Assembly (NCBI RefSeq): GCF_006345805.1
Contig: NC_043000.1
Span: 143,468,001 to 143,532,000 of the forward strand
Direction: 5' to 3'
Length of the DNA stretch: 64,000 nt
Origin: Octopus sinensis
Lineage: Eukaryota
Shown: positions 38,976 through 52,723 of the stretch, one piece after another
How positions within the stretch are numbered: the stretch's first letter is position 1
Layout of the letters: the number at the start of each line of letters is the position of its first letter
Made by a program: the position numbers and the translations under genes
Notes under the pieces: generated by a model
Seen by the model: the letters and a program-made list of their open reading frames with translations, nothing else
What the model was told of the DNA's origin: nothing
The model's database searches: none

Positions 38976-40129
38976 GTAAACAATATTATATATATAAGTG
39001 GATAATGAATTATGAAAGAAAGAGAGTAGTAATTTTGGTTGGTTTATAATTTGTTTGCATTTGGCACAAGTACTAAGAATTAATAGACTATTCGCTGTGA
39101 GACATGATATTTAAAAATAGTAATGGATATTTTGGACTTTATATTATACATAAATATTTACAGGTTTCGTAAGTTAGCACGGAGTATAGAGAAGATAAAT
39201 CAGATGACAATCCAGTTCAGAAATGTAGGATGCGTCTTCTTATCTCCTAGACATATACTCTCATCCAAACCCATGAATTTTACAGCATAAATCATTTGAT
39301 ATAGTGGACTTTGTCTATTATACATAACTCATACAATAGCAAAGCTTGCTTTTGATGATAATATTTACTATGGAGTTTTAGTCGACACTATTTATGAACA
39401 AATTAAAATTAATATTAATCGTACGAACATGAAAGACGTTATAGACTGTCTGATATATCTAAATATTTTAGTATGTTTTTACATGTAACTATGGTTAACA
39501 TCTATTGGCGTACTTTGTAATAAACTTTAGCGTCTAGTATGATGGTTACTTTGTGGCTCCTAAAAATAATGTGTTGGACTATTATTCACAGTTTATGTCA
39601 CTCAAAGGATTAAAAGTTGGAATAGTAGTGCTTCAAATAAGTTACACAAATATTATTCTGTTAGCTTGCTATCATAAGTGATTGCAGTAGTTAGCTTGCA
39701 GCAGAAGGTAAAATTCTGTTGTAATAACTTAGTGGTGCACAATATGATGGAGGTAGCAATGAGTCATATTAATAAAGAAGAAGCGAAGCAATGAAATAAT
39801 CTCTTAAAGGAGACACGAATTCCTTAAAGCTGCAGCCAATACGCTCTCATATAAAATATGCTCATAGTGAAATACCAGTTCCAGCTAAGGTAAAATCGTC
39901 CCTGAACAAAGTGGAGACGTAATCAAAATATAAATATTTAGTGATTACTAAATAGTAGAAAATCAGCTAGCACAATCATTCAAACTATAAATTTCATAGC
40001 CATAATAGAAATATTCTTATAAGCAAATACAAAAATACAACCATACAACTTTCAGACAAATAAAGCCGAAAATCAAAAGCCCTACTAGGAATTCTACGCA
40101 TAATATGCAGAGTACCTTAACTACAAGAA

Positions 40130-40890
40130 AAGATGCAAAACGGAAAACAAAATACCCAAAAAGTAATTTTCCACAAATGTTAGATGAAACTGATGAAGAG
40201 TACTGTAAATGGTTAAGGATGGATTTTATAAGACATGAATGTTTGCTACTCAAGAACTGATCCGATTATGTGTAGCATTGATAAGACGGCAGAAACACCT
40301 TTGTATATATTACGTGAAGAAATCAGCTGAGATAATTAGATATGTAATTAGTCGATGCTCAAAACTGGTCCAAAAGGAGTACAAAAAACACAATGACAAT
40401 ATGGCAGTGAGATTACACAGGGTGTTGTTCAGGAAGTATGGGCTATAAAGTTCCAGCGAGCTGTATGGGCACCAACTTTTAGCAGTAACAGAGAATGATT
40501 ATGTGAAATTCACAAAGCATGCCTATCTACACAGCTTACTCATCAGATATCACTCTTCTACGGAATGAGTACAAATAATTGACCTTCACTGAAGTAGCCC
40601 AGAATAGTGTGAAGATAGACTACGCGAAAGTCGACAAGTTCCAGAACATAGCACCGGACGTTGAAATGCGCCCCTAGAACTTCAAGAGTGAATATGTTAC
40701 CTATTGTAATAGGTGCATTTGGGAGCATCTTACAGAAAACAACACACTGACATGAAATGCTGCAAATGCCAAAGTTTATCGGAAATGAATCGTTCGCAAC
40801 ATTACGTGAAACAAAAAATGTGTTAAAGGAAAGTGTTGCGTCTCAAAGTTGTGAGGAGTTGAGATGTGATATAGATATCTCATGAGAAAG
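40130..40890 (+). mobile_element. Decayed R4/Dong-type ORF C-terminus (CCHC knuckle + REL)
   Basis: AEIIRYVISRCSKLVQKEYKKHNDNMAVRLHRVLFRKYGL resembles the post-CCHC E..H..SGC..LA..EY..RHD motif. Further on is MLPIVIGAFG. Followed by (AAT)n 40900-40977. Confidence 0.65.
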
Positions 40891-40900
40891 GAAAATATAA

Positions 40901-40977
<77 letters not shown>

Positions 40978-41311
40978 CTGTTGTCATAGGTGTCCTGGTA
41001 ATGATTGCAAAAGGGGCTGTTCGCTACTTAACTCAGATACCAGGAAACCCCAAAATAGCAGAAATTCAAACGATAGTGCTCATGGGAACTGCTCATATCC
41101 TACGCAAAATACTTTCTATGTAATCTCAAGTTTTAAAACAAACATAATTTTCGTTTTTTTTAGACATTCACTAGTACAACACTAAATACAAAACCAAATA
41201 TATGGCACGCTAGGCATTACAACATCACGAACTTCCAACCTGTTGTTTCTTGAGGTCTCTGGGTGAGACTTGGAGCCAACTTGTACAAATATAAAGCAAA
41301 AGTCAAACATA
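40978..41311 (+). mobile_element. 5'-truncated REL element inserted within (AAT)n
   Basis: PVVIGVLVMIAKGAVRYLTQIPGNPKIAEIQTIVLMGTAHILRKILSM* plus the 3' UTR of the 34158 family. (AAT)n abuts both ends. Confidence 0.8.
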
Positions 41312-41352
41312 GAATAATAATAATAATAATGATAATAATAATAATGATGATG

Positions 41353-41416
<64 letters not shown>

Positions 41417-41436
41417 AAGACGTAGAAGAAGAAGAC

Positions 41437-41483
<47 letters not shown>

Positions 41484-41486
41484 TAA

Positions 41487-41517
<31 letters not shown>

Positions 41518-41625
41518 AAGAAGAAGAAGAAGAAGAAGAAGAAGAAGAAGAAGACGAAGAAGAAGAAGAAGAGAAGAAGAAGAAGAAGAAGAAGAAGAAG
41601 AAGAAGAAGAAGAAGAAGAAGAAAG
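41312..41625. repeat. Compound (AAT)n(AAG)n(AAT)n(AAG)n microsatellite
   Basis: Direct reading. Confidence 0.95.
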
Positions 41626-44186
41626 ATATCCATGAAAGAGGTGGGTGTGGTTAAAATGATGAGCGATTGAGTGAGTATATCGTTGATAAGTCATGTCTCA
41701 GGAAATATAAAGATAAGAATAACTAAACAACATATCTTACTTCTAAAACTTATTTGCTTTAATTTTAGTTAGAATGACAGTTGCATAATATGATCATATA
41801 AGCTCTTCGTTAGTATTCTTCGTGTATCTTAATCTTCCCCGCCCCCTTTTTTGTGTGTTTATTTTTACTCACTTGCGTTACTTTAGCATAATCAACAATG
41901 TTGGCTGGAGGGAAATATATAATTGGAAAAGTAATAAACACTTTCAAGCTTGCAATGAAAAAAGACATATCACAACAGGTATGTAATAATGAGATAAGGT
42001 TAATTAATTTTTCACCCTCCGTCTAAATAGAAAACGCAAATTCAACTGCTTTCAGATGCAAAGAATTATTCTGTTTGTCTTTTCGAAACTCTGTTGTTGA
42101 CTTGATATTCAGGGGAAGATGTGAGTGTTACTACGTATAGTTTGTGGTTAGAATTTAAAGTAGCGGGATCGGTTTTATAACTAAGGTTACTTTAATGTAA
42201 TGAATGTAAATTATAAAATGATTAAAAGAAATTAGTTATTACATAAATATCATTGGTATGCTACTTCCATAACTTATTTGATTTAAATCCAGTTATGTGA
42301 TACAGGAAATTTACAAACCAGTATATCAGTTCTATGTGTTTTTCTGTGTACATGATTATACACATGCGCACAAGATTGAACATACACACAAGCCTACGCA
42401 TATATACATTGAAACTCACATAAAGAAACATAAATGTTAATAAATTTACTTAATGAAGAAGTATAAGAACATTAATGGAACAAATTCCCCATATATGCTT
42501 AACAGTAATATAAAAATATATATTTAAGATGTGTAACCTGAAGTGTTAGGTAAGAAAGGCGTCTGTAAACGCTTTGATAGATTTCCTTTATCAAATTCGA
42601 AAACACATTCACTAACTCCTTTCACTCCACTCAGGTTTCCACCGTCTCCGATACATCTTTAATTTTCACAACAGTACTACATTGCTATTTCGTCGCACTC
42701 CCACCCTTTCCTGACCTTATGACTTCAAATCATCCAATTCTATTACTTCAAAATCCTCCATTTCTTCATCTTCTATAGCTGCAACTGTGATTTTTAGAAC
42801 TGATCTAAACGTGATCAGTCTATTCATATGAAATAAGAACTCACCAAACCGTATTCAACAGTTGACTTTCCCTTCCTTGTGTCAATGATTACGCTCCGTC
42901 CATATACTTCATGTCCGGAATCTAAATCACGACACATACTACCTACTACCCCAATACTGTACACCTATAGTGCAGAATCTACCGCTACTGATCCTGCCTA
43001 CAATCTAACTATTACGCGTGTTTCATTTCTCACCGTTCCTTACTTTCAGCTAGCCCACAAATTATGTAACAGTTTCTGTCCACAGCGTCTAATTCCGCCC
43101 CCTCTTTCCGCCTCCTGGGTCACATCTCTGTTCTCGTTCCTGATTGCTTTTTAAGATCTTCTTCCTCAGTGGACGCAGTCAAGGTCACTCCACATTAAGG
43201 ACTCATTTCTATGCATTTTAAAAAACCTCCTACATGGTTTCGAATTTCTTTTGTGAAAGTTGATTTATAACAAGTAAACAAGGCTATCCGATTTGACAAT
43301 AGGTCATCTCTTTATCGACATTTCTGCCCCAATCACTCTTCATATCTTCGGTCCTAGGTTCGGATTCCAACTTCGAATCTCTCATCGTTCTCCTTCAGAG
43401 GGAATATCAACGCACCTTCTCTCTCACTCTCAAAATTCACCTGCAGCAAGATTTGAGCGCACAACATAAAAGAACACAGCAAAACAGTATCGATTTTTCG
43501 GATTCGAGATCCCTAAAAATACGAAAACGAATGTTACGAAAAGTATATTTGATTATAGGAGTGGAAAAGAAAGAAGGGATAACAATGATGAAGAGAAAGG
43601 CGATGGCAATAATTGTTGCTATATTTTTGTGATGATAGTGATGTTAATGATGAAGGTGGCTATAAAGCGAATGATAATGATAAACGAGTGTATCAGAAGA
43701 AATGAGTTCAATGATTGAATGATCGATGAAAATGAATCCTTAATGAATGTGATTATTATGTAGATTTCGAAGAGGACGACGGAGAGAAAAAGCATCCGTA
43801 GCGACATAAATATTAAGAAGCATTATGAAAATCAAAACAAAATATAAGTAATGATGATGATGATGACGACAACGACGACGACGATGATGAAACAAATAAA
43901 TAAATAAATAATAGTAATAATAATAACAATAATAATAATAATAATAATTATTATTATTGTTGTTGTTCTTGTTGTTGTTATTATTATTATTATTATTGTT
44001 CTTGTTGTCGTTGTTATTATTATTACTGTTATTTCATTTATTGGCCAGTAGGGCCGATATATAGGATTATAACAACAACAATAATGATAATAATAACAAC
44101 AGCAATACTAATAATTGGTAATATTACTCTACATGAGTAATAATATTAGAGCATTACTATCTGCATTATCCTTGTTACTTGTGATG

Positions 44187-44193
44187 TTATTAT

Positions 44194-44265
<72 letters not shown>

Positions 44266-44350
44266 TAATAATAATAATGATAATAATGATAATAATAATA
44301 ATAACAATAATAATAATACTACTACTAATAATAATAATAATAATAATAAT
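44187..44350. repeat. (AAT)n microsatellite
   Basis: Direct reading. Confidence 0.95.
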
Positions 44351-46162
44351 AGGTATGGTAAGCACTTTTGTAAGGAAAGTAATAATATCCTCAATGACAT
44401 AAAGCAAAAGTAATAACGAACAAAAATATAATCTAATTCTATATCCTTTGTTCTAAATGTTTTGCTTTTGTTGCTTTTGTTGTAAGTGGCATTGCTAAAT
44501 ATTATAATATAATAAACACCATAGAGAAACACAAGTTAATTACCAGTGAAAAAATGGGAAGAACAAGCTCAAGTATGTAAATTTAACCGACAGCGATATC
44601 GCTGAAAGATTAAATGTCAAACGACGTTGATAATCTTTGTACTTTGACGATCTTTGTTGACAGCGATTGTGATGGTTGATGTTTGTAATAGTGATGGTGT
44701 TAGTGATGGCGATGATATTAGAGTTCGTAGTGTGACTCAGGGTTGTGGTAGTGATGGAGGAAAGAAAGGGAGAAACTGTGGTAGTAGGTTTTATTTTTAA
44801 TGTCTTAATGAATATATATGACCAGCAAATGTTCCGCAAGCGGGGATTAATTAAAGGCCCGTAACTCTATACAGTAATAAACAAAGATGAAAGGAAAACG
44901 AATATTTCAGAGCAGGCAATAAATTAAAATTCAATAAGAGTAGAAATATAAAAACAAAAGTTTAAAAAATATTCTCTTCACAAAAAAATCAAAACAAGAA
45001 AAAATTTTAAATGTGTAATAACACCAAAAATAAGCCGAACGAATTATTATAATGTCATTAATTATGATGATATAGTTAATGTAATAATAATAACAAATAT
45101 GATTAGAAGAAACATGGACGTGCTTATGATAATTATGATGATGGCGATTATAGAGAAGAAGAGAACAATGATTAAAAAGTGTGGGTGGAGTATGATTATG
45201 AAAATAACAACGATGAGAAAAATTATAATGATGTTAAATCGAAGAATAAAATGTGCAATAAAAATATGAAAACAACAATAATTGAAATAAAATTCTTATT
45301 ATATAAAAATTATAATAATATTGATGATGAGATGATGATATTGATGTTAATGAGACGATATGCACATAATATAGAATATGCTAAAAATTATACTAGAATT
45401 TCCACCTCGTGTTGCTAAATATGCATTATTTCGTATTTATTCAAATTTGTTCACTTACTTAATCATTCTGTCCACACATACATACTCATTAATATACGCG
45501 CATAAACGCACACACACGCACACATATACACCATATATATCATTTATATATATAAATGTGTGTGTGTGTGAGTGTGTGTGTTTGTGTGTGTGTATGTTGA
45601 TTATGCAGTATATAACATATATATGCATATACGTATGCATTCATTTATACAAATTATATATACATTCACATAAGCATCAATTTACACACGTTTATATATA
45701 TATACATACAAACATACATATATAATGTATACATGCATACATTAATAAATACATACATGTATTTGTATATATATATGTATGTATATATATATATATATAA
45801 CAACACACACATAAACACAAGCTTTATTGTTTTAAACTCTCATTTCATTATGGAAACGTCATTCGCAATTCATATTATTAATGAAATATTACATATATAA
45901 ATGAATAAATAAAACTGAGCACATATCAGAATGTATTAAACTTTGAATTTATTAAACTCTTCATTATTCCACTACACTCCTTGTGGTTGCTTTTTTTTAA
46001 TTTCATTCTGCTCCTGATTATTATATTACAGTAACTTGGGAAGATCATTTTCCATTTAGACTATTGCCTACACAGACTAACAATCAACAAGTGAATGAGT
46101 CTAGATGTTTTCCTGCCGTATCTAAGAAAATGGGCAAGATTTTAGAATCGCCAGGTAAACAT

Positions 46163-46575
46163 AGGCGCAGGAGTGGCTGTGTGGTAAGTAGCTTGCTAAC
46201 CAACCACATGGTTCCGGGTTCAGTCCCACTGCGTGGCATCTTGGGCAAGTGTCTTCTGCTATAGCCCCGGGCCGACCAATGCCTTGTGAGTGGATTTGGA
46301 AGATGGAAACTGAAAGAAGCCTGTCGTATATATGTATATATATATATATAAGTGTGTGTGTGTATATGTTTGTGTGTCTGTGTTTGTCCCCCTAGCATTG
46401 CTTGACAACCGATGCTGGTGTGTTTACGTCCCCGTCACTTAGCGGTTCGGCAAAAGAGACCGATAGAATAAGTACTGGGCTTACAAAGAATAAGTCCTGG
46501 GGTCGATTTGCTCGACTAACGGCGGTGCTCCAGCATGGCCACAGTCAAATGACTGAAACAAGTAAAAGAGAAAGA
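46163..46575 (+). mobile_element. tRNA-derived SINE, family B
   Basis: Aligns end to end with 35752-36208, with a shorter internal microsatellite. Confidence 0.85.
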
Positions 46576-47152
46576 GAGATCTATGTCATTCTCTACGTAT
46601 TTGAAATAGGACATACAGGATAGATTCGTAGTCCGAAATGCTTGATGCATGCCTGTTGCATGATAGAGCCGTTCCCAGAATAACTGTGATTATTTTTCTG
46701 TTCAGGTAGGGCTGGTGTCGATCACTGTACAATAACAACAACTATAACATCAACAACAGCAACAAAAGCAACAATGGCTACAACATTATGTCAATAATCA
46801 ATCAACTAGAGATGATAATGGTCCGTAACACTTAGTTGATTATTTCTTCATTTGTTCCTCTCGGAGATTCTTTTCATCGGCATGGTACGTAAATTTGCTC
46901 TTCTCAGTTTTCATAAATAAGTCGTAAATGCGAACATCTATTAATCTTATACGATCCTAGTCGTTGACATTTCAACGTACAGTCGTATCCACAAACCTAA
47001 ACCAGATGCAATAACCGGTTTACGCCGTCATTTTAAATTATTGTCAGGTTTGCAAGCTTCTTCATACATTATTAAATCATACTGTTCCTACTAGTTCTCC
47101 CTCCACAATCATTTGTCCTGTGCTTAGGTATTTACACTAACAAGCTTAACTC

Positions 47153-47188
<36 letters not shown>

Positions 47189-47481
47189 GAGTTTGGTGAG
47201 ATATATTATTCGAGCGCATACCGTATTAGCTCTCAGTTAAATTATAGTTAACTGCTAACCACAATGATCAGTATCTAACGCCATTTAGTTGGTAGTCATT
47301 CCGTGAATTCTTTCGATGGGTAGTTCCGTGTTCTCTTAAGTGGAAAGTGGAAATTGGCTGTAGTGCATATTAATATTAATAATAATAATAAAGAATATAT
47401 AGACTTGCATATCCGCAATATTTATGTTATGGTTATATACAACATATTATAATGACATACACGTTCTTCCGCTATATACGC

Positions 47482-47531
<50 letters not shown>

Positions 47532-47539
47532 CATTATTA

Positions 47540-47588
<49 letters not shown>

Positions 47589-47650
47589 TATTAATATTAT
47601 TATTATTATTTTATTATTGTTGTTATTATTATTATTATTATTATTATTTT
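47482..47650. repeat. (ATT)n microsatellite
   Basis: Direct reading. Confidence 0.95.
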
Positions 47651-48737
47651 TATTTTTATAAAAATCTTTATATTTGCACGGCTTTTTATATCAGTTTCTC
47701 TGTAACTTTCAGGATTTTCTCGTCCTGTGAATACTCTATCTCTTCATCTCTTGAACTCCAGAATTTATCAGTACTACTTCTCTGCATTACATTCCAAACA
47801 ATATTATACACCGTATTCGTGGTGGATATTTGTATAGGGAAATATGTGTTTTATACATGCGGATATGTTCAGTCTGATTCTCTATGGATACATTGATATA
47901 AACACATTTTATCACACCCCTCTCTGAACGAGCAAACCCATGATGAAATACATCCTATGTGTGATACATCATCTTATATCTCCTTGTTTTCAGGACGTTA
48001 TCATCTAATGAGTTCGTCTTTTCCGAGTATGCTGCGTGTATATTAAGGAAAACCCGAGGGGCATATTTATTGGTGGAGGTATTGATGCCTGCCAGTGAGC
48101 ATATAGTAAATATACGCATGTTGGTATTATTTTCCAATTTTTTCATTTCATGTGTTTCATTGTGTACACACAGTTGACCCTGGTTTGTGCTTATTGTTAA
48201 ATACATATATAAATGGTCTAATTTTTTAATACTTTTATCTTGTTCGATTCCTATTTCTTTTACTTCAACATAACCAGTGACGCATGCTACTATAATGCTC
48301 TAGATCTTTCGATCTCCATATCTCATTTACTTCGACATATTTCTTCAAAGAATGACCACCTACACAAATGATGAAACCTTCTCCTATTGAGACTTCACAC
48401 GGACCTGTTATAATTCACAGACGTTATTAGGAATTCTGTTTCCTCCACAAAGGTCATCACTAGTTTCTTCTGTCTAAAGCCGTTTGCTTTCATGAAATAC
48501 GGTAATTGAATAAATAAGAAAGAAATTTGTGACTGGAGAGCTAACAAGCTCATCGACATCTAAGTAATTCGAAACTTCGATCGTTCGGTTGTTGGGTCCG
48601 TCTGTGTTCTCTGATCTTATTACTCTAAAATTATTTTCCGTACTCATACACAAAGTATGTGTGTGTGTTTGTGTGTGTGTTTGTATGTGTGTTTGTATGT
48701 GTGTCTGTATGTGTGTCTGTATGTGTGTGCGTGAATG

Positions 48738-48776
<39 letters not shown>

Positions 48777-49926
48777 TTTATGTATGTGTATAAGAGCACT
48801 GTTATGTATAAAGGAAGCAATTAGAATGTTACTAGCAACCCAGAATTTATATATAATTACTTTATATTTTATTGCCGTCTTTGAATTGTTCAGATTTTCT
48901 GACAATCGTAACCCACCCTGCGAGGAAGATTTCAAATAACAATCACGAGCACTAGATACAATAATTAGAGTGTATCACGAGTTGTCGGTATCTACAATGT
49001 ACTGTTATCACGATTTTATAAGGGCAACATCAAAGTATGTCGTGATTTAAATTATGATATTTGACTTCTCTTTTCTTTTATCATATGTTGGTAAATTTCC
49101 ATAACTATATGGATGTCTGTAGGTCTGTAAGTGGTTCTATGTTTCTGTCTAACCTTCTCCTGTTCGGTTCTGTCTATCTGTTTATTAATCTATCCATTTA
49201 TTTATTTTCTGTCTGTCTCCAAATTGGTTATATAATCTTAGTCACTTTTTTTCCTCTCTGCTGATGTGTATGTCTACTATGTATATGAGATTTAGTCGCA
49301 CTGTCTGTCTCACACTACCTATCTACCAGCTTACCAAACAACGTGCATACAATTGTACCCATCCATTTATGAGTCTGTGTATCTATGTATCTCTTTGATT
49401 GTTTCTTTTTTATAAATCATTTTCATAAAAAAAGTTTAATGTGTGTATGTTTACAGGTTATTAACATCAACTGTTTTAGTAGTACGTATATTTATTTTGT
49501 CACAATGAACATTGGTCAGCTTGACCTTCTTATAATATTTTGTCAAGAAAATATCACAAAGTGAATGAGAATGGATGCGTCCTATTTTATGCTTTCCAGA
49601 TACAAACCTTGATTTAAGGACGAAGTAACAGCTTCAACAGTTCAATATCTATTCTTACATGACAAACAGGCTTTATTAAACTCATAAACTTCATTTCTTG
49701 ATTTCTTCATACAAAGGAGATATATTATTTGGCGGAATTAGATTGTATCTACCACACTGCGAATTTAATGTCCACAAGCCTACACTCAAGAAAGTGCATG
49801 TGTTGTGCTAAAAAAGTGTTATTAGAGATGCGTCTAAAATGTTACTCACAAAGGCTCATTTCGGAAAAGGACTGTAATATCTTCGGATAACTACTTCTGC
49901 ACTCTTGCCTAGTATATTAACATGCT

Positions 49927-50312
49927 GGAGGCGCAATGGCCCAGTGGTTAGGGCAGCGGACTCGCGGTCATAGGATCGCGGTTTTGATTCCCAGACCGGG
50001 CGTTGTGAGTGTTTATTGAGCGAAAACACCTAAAGCTCCACGAGGCTCCGGCAGGGGATGGTGGTGATCCCTGCTGTACTCTTTCACCACAACTTTCTCT
50101 CACTCTTACTTCCTGTTTTTGTTGTACCTGTATTTCAAAGGGCCGGCCTTGTCACTCTCTGTATCACGCTGAATATCCCCGAGAACTACGTTAAGGGTAC
50201 ACGTGTCTGTGGAGTGCTCAACCACTTACACGTTAATTTCACGAGCAGGCTGTTCCGTTTATTCGGATCAACCGGAACCCTCATCGTCGTAACCGACGGT
50301 GTGCTTCTATCC
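49927..50312 (+). mobile_element. tRNA-derived SINE, family A, full length with TSD
   Basis: Same sequence. 11-bp TSD ATTAACATGCT at 49916-49926 and 50313-50323. Confidence 0.9.
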
Positions 50313-50769
50313 ATTAACATGCTACGTTTAAATTCTTCTCTCCACTTAATTTTACGATACAGATGTTATAAATTTCCCCAGTCTATTTACTTAATTCCGT
50401 ATCTATTTAGAAATTACCTCTCGTGATGGCATGGTATATATTTGCAATAGTTGGTGTTTTGTACTGATTATTTATATATGACAGAGATTACTAAACTTTG
50501 AAATTATCAATAGTGATTTAATGCACGCATTAGTTTTAGGAAGACACCAAAAATTATGCTGAAAAGCTATAACCGTCTCTGCATCTGTTCGGTCTTCCGA
50601 TCACTACTTCGCACGTAACACAAAATACCCTCAATTACATTAGCTCTATGATAATTTTAGTCAACGTCTGGGTGCAGCACCACCAGTTTTGTGCTTCTTA
50701 CACCTGGCAGCATATGTGCTTTTCATCTGACCATTCGAAAATGATTAGACGGACGGCTGAAACCATATT

Positions 50770-50960
50770 TTAGGCGTGTGGCATATTTTTTTGGGTGCTG
50801 CACCCACGATCGTGGTTTCAATTCATAGACAGGTTGGTGCTTTGTGTTCTTGAGCAAAGCACTTCATTTCACCTTGTTCTGCGATAACTTTGACACCTGA
50901 CTTGTAGTACACCATGCATGTCTTCATGCAACAGTGATGTGATGGAGAGAGTGAGCTAAT
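50770..50960 (+). mobile_element. Decayed tRNA-derived SINE with CORE-like domain
   Basis: B-box-like gtggtttcaattc followed by ttgtgttcttgagcaaagcacttcatttcac, resembling the CORE-SINE motif (recalled, not aligned). Confidence 0.45.
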
Positions 50961-51061
50961 TGGGGTTTTTATTGCCCACAAGGGACCAGCATAGAGGGGA
51001 CAACACGATAAATGTGGGGAAATAATCAGATGGGGATGAGTAATAAATAATAATAATAATA

Positions 51062-51112
<51 letters not shown>

Positions 51113-51569
51113 TAATAATAATAATATAATCAATAAATAATAAAATACTACAATATGAATAAATGTCATAATAATAAAAGGTAGCATGTCGCCAATCGAT
51201 CCCACGTTCGATTGGCTTCATTTAACTTTACAATTTTACGAATTTTCTTCTTCAAAGAATGTTTCTTTTAAAACAAATTTTCAACCTCTATTTCGTAGTG
51301 ATACAATTTGGCATGCCTTAAGTATGACGGAAATTCAGTTAAATCCAGCTTTACTATGGTCCATCTTATATCATCTTTGTAATCTTGTAGCATCCCCATA
51401 TGCATGGGGTTTGTCATGATACATGCCCAAGACCTGGGAAGTAGGTCACAGTAAAAAAAATTGGACCCACATCACATAACTCCACTTATCCACCTCATTT
51501 CTCAGTTTCTTGTTTTCCATATTGAAATAAAATAAAACAGGTATTATCATTTGTTTCCATGGTCGGGGC

Positions 51570-52300
51570 AGTTTGGTGTTCCTGTGTGTGTGCGTGCGCA
51601 GTTGGGGAAGGGAGAGTCTAGAGCAAAGAGGGTTTGGATGGGAGTTTGGTGAGGCCAGTCCCTTCGTTTATTTTTTGTTTCCTCTACGCTTTCTCCTTTT
51701 TCCTACCGTTTTCCCATTCTTCCCTTGTTTCTACTTCAACCTCTTTATTGACAACTACTGGCAGCGGAGGTGCAGCTTCCGAGCTTTTGCGATACTCCGC
51801 AGGTGGCGGTAATGATGGGTGGGAATGGGGCAGTTTTACCTTTTGGCCACATTTGTAGTAACCTGGAACCCTGCCTTCCGCTTTCACCATTAATATAACG
51901 TCCTCTATGGAAACAGTTTCAATAAATAATTCTAGGGCTTCTTGGGAGGCCTGAATTGATATCCCCAGGCTATACCCCTGCCAATTTTTTCTCAGAGTAT
52001 ACGTTGCTTGTAGAACAGTGATTTTATCCTCTAAACTTAGCAGGATTTCATCCACCACCCAGGCTACATCAGTTTCTAGGAAATATCATCTATCCTTACT
52101 CTGGAAACATGTTTTCCTAGGTAAACGGGTAGAAGCACCAACTCTTCTGTCTTCATTTGTGTTGCAGCGCGTAGCTTGGCGGTGGCTGCATCTCGGAATT
52201 GCATCTCCACGGTTCCAAATTTACGTGCCTTTTTGAGATGTTACTTTCCATATTGGTTGCAGTGCATTTTCAAGCAGGCCAACCAACATTATACAGATTT
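51570..52300 (-). mobile_element. Decayed L1/Tx1-like ORF1 fragment
   Basis: Frames KFGTVEMQFRDAATAKLRAATQMKTEELVLLPVYLGKHVSRVRIDD / VVDEILLSLEDKITVLQATY...VKAEGRVPGYYKCGQK, ending in a degenerate zinc knuckle followed by a Pro-rich tail. Clade assignment is by recognition. Confidence 0.55.
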
Positions 52301-52661
52301 CCTCTCTTTTAAAGAGTAAGTTCTATAATAGATGACATTTTCACACTCATACTACAATTTTCACAGGGGAGGAGACACTCTAATATTTTGTCCCTCCCTT
52401 GTTAAAACTTATTTATACATACCAATGTCATCTAAATTAATTTCTCTTATTTGGAGTTTCGTCGCTTACGCAAAATTCAATGTATTTCTCTTCTCCTTCT
52501 TTTCCCAAGCGTCCAGCGATCTCACGAGCTCCTCTTCCGAAGAAGTGTACTCTGATGAACTTAAATTTTCAAAGGTTTTCATTTTTTACCAACGACTGCC
52601 ACACGCAGTCAAAACATCTTCTCGAAAAACAAAAGCCTATCAAATGAACAATACTTCGACT

Positions 52662-52723
<62 letters not shown>

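Noticed and set aside
42846-42965. Open phase 0-0 exon-shaped segment on the minus strand (VYSIGVVGSMCRDL...EYGL)
   Set aside because: It lacks the N-terminal Ig features expected upstream of the confirmed exon and lies in a GC-skewed tract that looks like a decayed LINE.
47700-48210. piggyBac-like remnant (TNKYA, YFIMGL on minus strand)
   Set aside because: Only two short motifs in different frames, and no TIR or TTAA TSD found. Needs BLASTx to support.
51191-51216. 9-bp perfect stem GCCAATCGA/TCGATTGGC
   Set aside because: A single short hairpin with no recognisable context; compatible with chance in 64 kb.
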